Shown here one piece after another: positions 55,301 through 64,000 of a DNA stretch of 64,000 nucleotides (positions are counted from its first letter, which is position 1; each line of letters begins with the position of its first letter). The notes below the pieces were generated by a model that was not told the origin of the DNA, made no database searches, and was given only the letters and a program-made list of their open reading frames with translations. The stretch is from assembly GCA_000004985.1 (NCBI GenBank), contig GG738881.1; one strand, 5' to 3'. The position numbers were made by a program, and so were the translations under genes. This stretch comes from Naegleria gruberi. Lineage: Eukaryota.

Positions 55301-56295
55301 CTATCTCTTCTTGAACTTCATCCTCTGCAATAATTTCATCAACAGGGAAGGAGAATTCGCTTGTTTGAATTGGCTTTTCGTGGAGATACTCTTCGTCTTC
55401 ATCTTCAGCTTCCTCGAACATGTTGCTGGAACTGACTGATTTACAGCTGAGCACAACTTGTCATAATTTAACAATGATTTTCCTTCTTCTTTCTTTCTTC
55501 TTTCTTCTTGGATTGTGTGTGAGATTTTCACACCAATTAAAAAACTACCAACTAGAGTTATGGTGATTATTTGGAGAAAATTAGATGAAACTGAAATAAT
55601 AGAAAATAAATGAGCACCATTTGCAACCTCATCAATTACTACACAAGAAACCTCTTTTGCTACAAGGAATACACCATAAATAGTCCATCCAAGCCTAATT
55701 AATAGGAATAATATTGAAGTAAAAATCATTCTTTTGAAATTATAATGAATCAACTGAAAAACTCAAACTCACTTTTTTCCCTTAACAAACAGAACTACAG
55801 AACAGCAAACAAACGAGGCACAAGCATTGACTAACAACCATGACCAAATAGGTTGGTCACATTTAGAACATTCCTTATAGTACACAACCAACAGTACTAT
55901 CGAAGTGAGTAGGAACAGTAAATCCCATACAAATATTATAATGTTCGTTCTATGTTATTGGTTATTCAATTAATCCAAAACAAAACATACAATCCAGCTT
56001 TCACTCTTTTCTTTATACTATCCTTAATTTTTGTATACTTCGGAGGTGAAAGTAATTGAGGGTTAAAATCTTGCAGTTCAGGTCTTCCATATTGAATTTT
56101 TTCTTCTTCCTCGGAATCGCTATCATCCGATCTATTATCCAAATCAATCTTGTTATTTTGATTTGAAGGATCATCCCCTCTATCTTGTAATTCCAATATT
56201 ATTTCTTCTGAGGGTGGTATTGATTGACTTCTGAGGGTATCCTGAATCATTTTTTTTTTTGATTGAAAAATTGTACTTTTTTTAGGCGGGATCAA
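55301..56295 (-). CDS. Hypothetical four-TM membrane protein with acidic N-terminal region; exons 56295..55991, 55949..55773, 55730..about 55301 (3' end unresolved)
   Basis: 41-nt intron (GTATGT..ATAG) and 42-nt intron (GTGAGT..CAAAAG) link three ORF fragments in frame. TM helices flank an ECSKCDQP loop. An alternative acidic C-terminal frame (55242..55454) may be a further exon. Confidence 0.4.
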
Positions 56296-56306
56296 GATTA
56301 AAAAAA

Positions 56307-57212
56307 ATGCTCACACATCAAACTTCTCTCTTCCGAAGTGTTGTCAGAAGAAGCTTTTGTTCGTCATCATCACTGCTGTTATTAACAAGGAGAAATTTTA
56401 CCACAACAATAATTTTAAATAATAATCAGGAAAAAACAAGAGTTAGACCGTTGACAGAGAAGGACAAACTTAAACAGAGACAAATTAATTTCGAGAAGAG
56501 GCTGAAGGAATTGGATGACTCTGCTATCGATCTAGGTAATAATGAAACTTTGAATCAACCACCAAAAAGTTTTGAACAGAGATTGAAGGAATTAGAAAGA
56601 AATGCAACTACAACAAAATCCAAAGTTCCGAAATGGCTTAAAGAACATCATACAAGACATCCAACACCATATTCGATATATGTGAAACAGTGTTGGAAAA
56701 ATGCAATTGAACATTATGAAAACAACAAGGAACATTTTGATAATTTATTTCCAAATTTCGAGAAACGAAAGAATTTGATGATTTCAAAAATATTAGCACT
56801 TCAGTGGAAAACATTGAAAGAAGAGGATAAAAAAATATATTACGATACTCATGAGGAGATTAAAAAAGCAAATCCTTTACCAATCGTGGATGATAAACCA
56901 GAGTGGAAGAAAATTAAAAGACCAAGAACAGCTTTCCTACATTTCAAGATGGATATTTTCCAGAGTGTGAAATCTCAATTTGCAAGCTACAACATCCAAC
57001 AATTGAATTTTATTATTTCTGAAATGTATAAAAAATTACCAGAGGATAAGTTGGAATATTACAGAGGACTTTGCTCTAAAGAAAGAAGCCAGTATTATAA
57101 ACTAAAAGAAGAAACGATAAATAAGCATAAGAAGCCAACAGAGGAAATCAAACAGGAGGATTATGAAAATGAGGAAGAGGATGATGAATACGAAAGTGAT
57201 GAATTTTATTAA
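56307..57212 (+). CDS. HMG-box protein with N-terminal mitochondrial-presequence-like region (TFAM/Abf2-like, tentative)
   Basis: 301 aa. Basic, Ser-rich N-terminus. HMG-box-like segments (…KRPRTAFLHFKMDIFQSVKSQF…). Acidic C-terminal tail. Confidence 0.5.
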   Translation: MLTHQTSLFRSVVRRSFCSSSSLLLLTRRNFTTTIILNNNQEKTRVRPLTEKDKLKQRQINFEKRLKELDDSAIDLGNNETLNQPPKSFEQRLKELERNATTTKSKVPKWLKEHHTRHPTPYSIYVKQCWKNAIEHYENNKEHFDNLFPNFEKRKNLMISKILALQWKTLKEEDKKIYYDTHEEIKKANPLPIVDDKPEWKKIKRPRTAFLHFKMDIFQSVKSQFASYNIQQLNFIISEMYKKLPEDKLEYYRGLCSKERSQYYKLKEETINKHKKPTEEIKQEDYENEEEDDEYESDEFY

Positions 57213-57253
57213 ACTCTTAGGTTTTAAAACAAAGACTATTTATTTGTATTCGA

Positions 57254-60200
57254 TTATTGGAGTGAATAGGTAATTAAATACTTTGGATAAGCTTGTGAAT
57301 TTTTGTAAACAATGAAAATATCACTTCCACCAGTATTTCCCTTCACACTGTCATATCTTACAGCAGAGTTTGGCTTGAGAGGAGGAATTCTAATATTACT
57401 ATTTGAACTACAACTGTGAAAATCACCTGTTAACACTTCAGCAAGGAAAAATTTTCTGTAATTAGTACCTGGAACGGGAAAAGCATAGCCATTAGAATAA
57501 CTTGCATTGACAGCAAAATAACATCCAATTCCCCACATTCCAGTATTTGAAAATCTCATGTCAAATCCTTCATGACCATCATAGATAATGCTTGGATCTG
57601 TACTTCTTGTTCCATGGAACAATAATTGAGGATCGGTTGAATATTGTCCATTTGAATCAATCTTAATCTTGTTGATTCTATCTTGTTCAGTTTTATAACT
57701 TTGATAAACCAATTGATTTTGAACTTTTTCAATATTTTGAATCACTGCATTTGGAATGGTCAATTTAATTCTATCATTGATCATTTTCCATTCATTACTT
57801 GATTGAGATAAATTGATGAGAATTACATTTGAAGTTTGAAGCTGCCAATCTTGAGGATAACTGAATTTACTCAACAATTCAGGTTTATCAGCAATGGTCA
57901 AGAGAGCATATTCCTTAAATTTGTCAACTGTATACTTGAATCCAGTAATTGTAAATGGTGATACGTTCATATCAATCTTTAACATTCCATTATCAAATTT
58001 TGCTTTCATTGATGCATGTTCTGATAGAATGTGATCAATTACAAACTTGTTACATGATTTTGTTAAGGACTCGGTAATGTAGCTTTCTTTGATATTATTT
58101 CTAAAATTAAGCTCGAATGATTGAACATCTGAAGCTTCTCCATAAAGTCTGAATGAATAAACAGATTCAGTTACGCTTGCATATTTAGTTTTGCTAACTG
58201 ATTTAACAATTTGAATGGGAACAGTATCAGTAATTAGTATTCTGTTATGAGCAGATCCACTCACAAATGTGTAATGATTGTCATCTTGATCATAAACATA
58301 CAAGATGGAATTCTTATTCAAATCTGATGCAACATCAATGTTACACTTCACAATTTTTTGAATTGGTATCCTCTTAACTCTTCTTACATATTGAGTTTGT
58401 GAGTTGACTTGAACGTGCTCTTCTTTAAGGTAATCGAATTTCACAAAATATTTGATATCTTCAGAGGTATACTTTTCATTAGTCATCAGTACATTACATT
58501 CAGTATTTCTTTCATTATAGCTCCTTTCAATTTCTTTCATTTGATTTTCTCTATAAGGATTCCATGTCTTGTTATCATCAGCCAACCATAGCCATAAAGC
58601 AGTCAAATGTTCAGTATCCATTGTTGGAACATAAATAATCTTTCTCTTAAATTTAGAAGAATTTTCAATTTGTTCCATCTTGTCAAAGTCAATTTGGTAC
58701 TTTTTACCTTGTTCCGCATTCAAAATGAAAGTTGACTTGGGATCTTTTTCATATTCTTGACATAATTTACGATTATCATTCACTGTGAATGGCAAATACA
58801 TCTTTTTGATATCATCAAAATATTTGAAACATCCAACATATTCATCTTGTTCAATTTCAATAAATGAGGAATCATTCTTTGTATCTAATGTATAGACTAG
58901 ATCTGTTTGTAATAAGTTGATAGATTTTGAGAATGATTCAGTAACTGTATTAATATCACCAATCAGTATAATTTCCCTCAAACATGATAATTGTGGTGCA
59001 TATTTGTAAATTGTTCTGACAATGATATCAGTTGATTGATCAAGTGGGAATCCAAATATTCCAGATGAAAGTGCAGGAATAATGATTGAACAATATCCAT
59101 CCTTTTCTGCTTGAGTCAAAATATTCACAACTGTTTGTTCAAGTAAACTACATGAGTTAAGATGATTATTTGAATCATACATTGGAGGAATGGCATTATA
59201 AATCTTTGAGAGGTAACTGAGATTTCCAGCAGTTGTTGGAACTACATCACCTGGTTTGAGTTTAAGAGAGGTGGTAATATTTTTACATTCTTGATCAAAT
59301 TGTTTTCCACATTTCTCTAAACATTGAGCAGCAATTCCTCCACCATGTGCCAATTGGTCATTTGCACTGTTAACAAGTACTTGAGCTTTCCATTTCTTAT
59401 CAAACATGTCACCTTGACAAATGTAAATAAATGAATTCTCAATTTTGTGAACTTCCTTGATTCCACTGTCAAGTTTCTTTTCCAAAACAACCTTACCCTT
59501 TGTCTCAATATTCTTTTCTGAAAAGAATTTGAATTCATCATGTTGCATTCTAATAAAGTCAACCAATACTTTCTTTCTCACTTCCATCATTACTCTGTGA
59601 TAGGAATTGTCAATGAATTTGTACATATCTTGAGATGGTGCAACTAATGTAATTGATAGTCCTTGTTCTAAAATCTTTACATTATTTTGTTGAACTGACT
59701 TGAGAAGTGGTAATGCAAGATTCTTTTCAATAATATTATTAAAAGTCAATTTGATTCTCTTTTCTTTTGATTGCAAAAGTTCAGATTCAATTCTTGATTT
59801 CACTTCCTTCACATCTTCATCTCTTAATCCCTTGATATAAAAAGTCTTCTTATTTGAATCAAAATCAACATTAATTGATGAAATATCCTTCTTGAACTTG
59901 TCAATCTTGGTTTTAACAGTTACCTTTTTCAGTAAATGTTCATTGACTTGTTTTGCTTGAACAATATCAGAGCTTCCTTTCAACAATTCACTCAATTCAT
60001 TTCTAATCTTCATTTCATTTTCTTGATTTTCAACAATAGCAAATAAAATAATAATGTTCTTTGACTTTTCAGGTGCCAAAACTGTTGAGGCAGTTTGAAT
60101 TTCTGTTAATTGCTCAAAATATTTCTCACCTTCCTTTTTAACATCTTCTTTCAAAGAGGCATGGATAAATTGTAATTCCAATTTAACACTTTTAATTTTC

Positions 60201-61604
60201 TTAAGCTCTGCTTGCAATAATTGTCTTGCCTTTTTAGGTACATTTAATACGATCATCTTACTGGCATCCTTTTCGTCTCTCTTGCATTTGAATTCAATTT
60301 GGCCACTCTTTAATAAGTGAGAGCTGAACTTTCTCAAGAACTTATATTGTGTAGTTTCTATAGTTACTGGATTCTTTGTATCACCCTTCTTAATCTTGTT
60401 AAAAACTTTGTATTCACTTTCACTCTTCAAAGTACATTCAATTTGAAAGTTTTCATTTTGTTTGGTATATTTAAATTGAATATTTTTGTTAAACAATTCC
60501 TTTTTTGTAGCATCAAAATCATCCTTTGGAATTGAAAACTTAATTTTGAACAAATCAATAATTAATTGATTGTTATATATATCACTCAATGAAGTTAAGT
60601 GCCAAGTAGTGAAATTTTTCTTGGATTCTTCAATATATAAATATACACCTGGTGGCAATTTCTTTTGAACTTGGTCTTTCTTTTCATTGCTATTTTCATA
60701 ATAAAATTCGACGAATCTTGCAGGTTGCAATAACTTGATAACAAGATTTTGTAAATATTGTTGAACATTTTGAATATTTGGTTGTGTTGGTTGAATTTTG
60801 AAAGTAATTGTCTTATCTTTGATCTCAAATGAATTGTTTGTACCACCAGACATTTGTGATAACTCTCTTCTCAAGTCATCACTGAAGAATTTATCCAAGG
60901 CAACTGCTTTGATTCCAGTTGGAATTTCAATAGAATAAACTCCAGCAACAGTTTTCTTTGGCTTATTGTCAATGGTAATTTCAAGTGGTTCATTATAATA
61001 CTTGATGGAAGAACATTTTTCTTTGATTATCTTGGCAATACCATATGTTGAAATATTGACCCAAATAAGTTGTTTCTTCTTATTGGTAGTGAGTACAGGT
61101 TTAACTTTTTCTTCATTAAGAATGTTTCCAACTAATTCTGGAACAGTCAACTTGATATTGAAGAGTACATCATTAAAATCAACACCAAGAGGGAATACAA
61201 TACGAACAGCTTCAGTTACAACGGCACTAGATGTTGAATCAAACGAAGTGGAAGAACTAGGTGATACTTCTCTATCACTAAAGTTATCAATTGGTGTTTG
61301 AGGAGTTGAACTAATTCTTTGATTCATTCTCAAAGGATCAATTTGAATGTTAGTCATTTGTTGATTCATCATTTGACTATTATTCATAGTGTTATAATAG
61401 GTATTGTTGTTTGGATTACCATAATTATTATTGGTATTCATAGGTTGGTTATAATTCATAGAAATTTGATTAGTATTGCCATAATTATGCATACTACTAC
61501 CAGTACTATTATAATTCAAAAGCAATTGTTGATTACCACCACCCATTGTATTACTAATAGGATGAACCATGGTTTGATCATAAGGATTGTTCATACCATA
61601 ACCA

Positions 61605-61635
<31 letters not shown>

Positions 61636-61954
61636 AATTAGCATTAAAATCATATTGATTCATATTGGTATGATTATTAAGTAACAATCCATTTGAACCA
61701 TATTGATTGTTACTTAATGAATTGATAGGTTGTTGTTGTTGTTGGCCATTCATTGCTGAAGAATTAGTGTACATGTTGCTTTGAATGGGATCATTAAACA
61801 TTTGGTTATTATTACCACCATAACCTTGATAGAATTGACCACCATTATTGTACATATTTTGTCGGTGATTTTGCTCTTGGTTTGGTTGTTGGTTATAACC
61901 TTGTGTTTGATTTTGTGGAGTTAGCATATTTCTGGTTTGTTGAATAAAACCCAT
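57254..61954 (-). CDS. Macro-domain / WWE / PARP catalytic domain protein (PARP14-like mono-ADP-ribosyltransferase architecture) with a roughly 215-aa Q/N-rich prion-like N-terminus
   Basis: 1566-aa single ORF. Macro domain (…KAQVLVNSANDQLAHGGGIAAQCLEKCGKQF…). WWE-like segment (…HLTALWLWLADDNKTWNPYRENQMKEIERSY…). C-terminal PARP fold: LLFHGTRSTDPSIIYDGHEGFDMRF…GMWGIGCYFAVNASYS…SDIFIVYKNSQAYPKYLITY, with an H-Y-I triad (I in place of PARP1 Glu988). N-terminus is N/Q/G/Y-rich with an (ATT)n-encoded poly-Asn. Confidence 0.8.
61608..61632 (-). repeat. (ATT)n microsatellite encoding poly-Asn inside the PARP N-terminal prion-like domain
   Basis: attattattattattattattatta on the plus strand = (AAT)n on the coding strand = NNNNNNNNN. 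Confidence 0.8.
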
Positions 61955-62308
61955 ACTAAACTTATCAAGTTATTCTTTTGATATTTGTTTTTAAGTTTGT
62001 TTTGAAAAAGTGTTTACAAGAATTAACTATTTGAACAATGGAGAACAAGAGTGAAAAACCTTTTCTGATTTAAAAAGCCAGATTAGAATTTGAGTTGGTG
62101 ATGTATTTCATGTGGAATGGGTTTGTACTACTTGATCAGTCAATGATGCGTGACAAACTCAAGTCATCAAACGTTTGTGAATTCAGATTTGATGAGAACA
62201 TTAGTATTAACTTGTGCGTGAGTTGGGAATTCTGAATAATAAGGTATTGTTCAGATATTTTATGGATGCTGAATGAATTCCAAAGTCCACATTTAGCAAT
62301 CTTCATTT

Positions 62309-64000
62309 TTAGAAAAGGCCGTGATCTCTCAAAGTCTTTTGTAAAATAATATCCTTAATATCATCCATAACCATCAAAGAAGCATCTTCACGTATCAAAT
62401 CAACAAAATGAGTGTATAAACACCGTTGTCTAATTGTTGGATCAACATTAATAAATTTCTCAGCAACAAAACTAGTGTAGAGGAATACATGATCACCAGA
62501 ATAATCAAAGTCTGGAAAACACATTCGAAGAGGAACAGATTTGATTCTTTTACGGAATATATCTAATTTTGTAAATACTAAAATGATTGGTGTATCTTTG
62601 TAAAAGCTTAAGATTTCTTTGAACATTGAAAGTGAATTATGCATATGGGAAACCAATATTTGGTTTTGAGTTGGAGGAACAAAATTTAGAGGGTCAACAA
62701 TTGGTGGGCTTTGAGGATTTTTAGTTGGACTAAAGTCAAGTAAGCTTAAAGAATATTCACAATATTCACTTAAAGAAACCATGAAAACAATTGCAGAAAC
62801 TGAATCTCTATCAAAATGAGAAGTCATCCACTTTCTTCTTTCATTTCTTTGTCCAGTAATATCTACAAACTCACATGGGAACGGAAAATTTAACTGACAT
62901 GTTTCAATAGATGTAGAAGGAAAATATGTAGTTAAAATATCTCTTGATGTTGGTGTATATCTTAGTGATGCTATTCTGTCAATATTATCAAAAAAGTATC
63001 TTGCATTGTAAAGTATTGAGTTATTTAAAGATAACTTGTCAAATGTGTGTTTTACGTATTTATCCTTCCATAAACTCTTAAATAATTCAACTGCTTCTGG
63101 ATTTAAGAAATTTTGAGTAATCTTATTAGATTCCTCTGATTGAGTATCATATTGTGATGGTTGTTTGTGGAATTGTTTTGAATCATTTTTAAAATTACTT
63201 AATCTTTGGTGAAGAACGTTTAAACTTTCATCCAATGATGATGAAACTCTTAAAGGAGATTTGTTCTTTGGAGTTATAGGTATGGATTGGCTTGTATTAT
63301 TACTAGCAGCACTATCACTATTGCATTCATTTTGTGTATTTAAAGTTTGATTAAACCTCCAAAGTTGAAGTAATTGAGCTCTTCTCCTTAAATTTTCTCT
63401 AAATTCTGTTTCCGTGACATTCTTAATTAAATATTTTGCATTATTCAATACAAATTTCAATATTTTACATTTAAATAATTCTACAACTTGTTCATTCGAA
63501 TAATCACCCTCTAATAATTTGATTTTTCTAATGAGGGTACTTTTTCCTGATTTACCAGATCCAAGAGTTAAAATTCTAACTTTTTTAGGTTTTTTAGAAT
63601 CCAACTCGATTTGCCTTTGGATTCTACGATCATTTTCATTGTTATCAACATCAGATGAAACTCTTTGAATGTTTGATGCTGATCGATCTAAACTATTGAA
63701 AGATGCTCTTCTACGAGGTGTTGTGGTTTTCTTTGAAGGTAAAGCATCATCACTTGGTGAATTACTTGTAGGAGATGGTGAACCAAAAACCATTTGATCA
63801 TCATTTTCTATTGCTAATTCAATCATGGCATGAGAAGATGATGATCCATTAACGTCTTCATCCTGAATTAGACTTGATGTAAAATCATTGATTGAACTCA
63901 AGTCAGCAGTTGATTGTCTAAGAATATTAGAATGTTCTCTATGATGATGCTCCCTATTCTGAGTTGATGATGATGATGGTATTTCATTATTCTCCAAAGA
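62309..64000 (-). CDS. Heterotrimeric G-protein alpha subunit-like protein, divergent; partial (N-terminus lies beyond the window end)
   Basis: G1 KVRILTLGSGKSGKST. Switch I DILTTYFPSTSIET (Tyr where the catalytic Arg sits). G3 DITGQRNERRKW. G4 FTKLD. C-terminal …YTHFVDLIRED…DHGLF lacks the TCAT (G5) box. More than 145 aa of S/N-rich sequence precede the G1 box, and there is an S/N-rich insertion in the helical domain. The ORF-track 'M' at 63997 is a TTG. Confidence 0.7.
   Translation of the reverse strand, partial: SLENNEIPSSSSTQNREHHHREHSNILRQSTADLSSINDFTSSLIQDEDVNGSSSSHAMIELAIENDDQMVFGSPSPTSNSPSDDALPSKKTTTPRRRASFNSLDRSASNIQRVSSDVDNNENDRRIQRQIELDSKKPKKVRILTLGSGKSGKSTLIRKIKLLEGDYSNEQVVELFKCKILKFVLNNAKYLIKNVTETEFRENLRRRAQLLQLWRFNQTLNTQNECNSDSAASNNTSQSIPITPKNKSPLRVSSSLDESLNVLHQRLSNFKNDSKQFHKQPSQYDTQSEESNKITQNFLNPEAVELFKSLWKDKYVKHTFDKLSLNNSILYNARYFFDNIDRIASLRYTPTSRDILTTYFPSTSIETCQLNFPFPCEFVDITGQRNERRKWMTSHFDRDSVSAIVFMVSLSEYCEYSLSLLDFSPTKNPQSPPIVDPLNFVPPTQNQILVSHMHNSLSMFKEILSFYKDTPIILVFTKLDIFRKRIKSVPLRMCFPDFDYSGDHVFLYTSFVAEKFINVDPTIRQRCLYTHFVDLIREDASLMVMDDIKDIILQKTLRDHGLF

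Noticed and set aside
61319-61684. Plus-strand poly-Ile/Thr ORF
   Set aside because: Antisense of the (AAT)n / N-rich prion-like region of the PARP gene. Artefact of AT-rich low complexity.
1-64000. Prokaryote-style features (CRISPR arrays, toxin-antitoxin pairs, restriction-modification or other defence operons, IS elements)
   Set aside because: The window is unambiguously eukaryotic nuclear DNA (spliceosomal introns, Pol III genes with T-run terminators, eIF/ribosomal genes). No direct-repeat/spacer arrays or operonic organisation were seen.

Overview
This 64 kb window is nuclear DNA from a compact, AT-rich (about two-thirds A+T) eukaryote. It is not prokaryotic: there are no operons, CRISPR arrays or bacterial-type defence islands. 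Codon usage (AGA Arg, GGT Gly, CAA Gln), frequent Q/N-rich low-complexity protein segments, very short GTAAGT...AG introns (41-135 nt) and the gene content all point to an amoebozoan, most likely a dictyostelid-like social amoeba. Species cannot be assigned from sequence alone. I recognise about 40 protein-coding genes on both strands, many split by short introns that the six-frame ORF track breaks into fragments. Several ORF-track 'M' starts are really TTG codons. Recognisable housekeeping genes are Ebp2, PABPN1, an ECH1-like dienoyl-CoA isomerase, cyclin Q, golgin-84, eIF2-alpha, a di-ubiquitin-like protein, ribosomal P0, a SARNP/Tho1-like protein, NDUFA13/GRIM-19, eIF3h and a TFAM-like HMG-box protein. 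There are also three tRNA genes (Thr-UGU, Leu-CAA, Gly-GCC), a dispersed 5S rRNA gene and one 50-N assembly gap. The parts most worth a second look are: (i) a poxvirus VP39-type cap 2'-O-methyltransferase homologue with an apparently intact K-D-K-E tetrad; (ii) a ClpB/Hsp104-type disaggregase whose first nucleotide-binding domain carries Walker A K->R and Walker B DE->HQ substitutions; (iii) a 7TM-RGS fusion protein; (iv) a divergent G-alpha lacking the switch I arginine and the TCAT box; (v) a macro-WWE-PARP with an H-Y-I triad and a roughly 215-aa Q/N prion-like N-terminus; (vi) tandem DUF4116-repeat genes; (vii) an F-box-like protein carrying a degenerate Rab-like pseudo-GTPase domain; and (viii) a gene-poor island of Pol III genes (tRNA-Leu, 5S rRNA, tRNA-Gly). 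All functional assignments rest on motif recognition from memory, not database searches.
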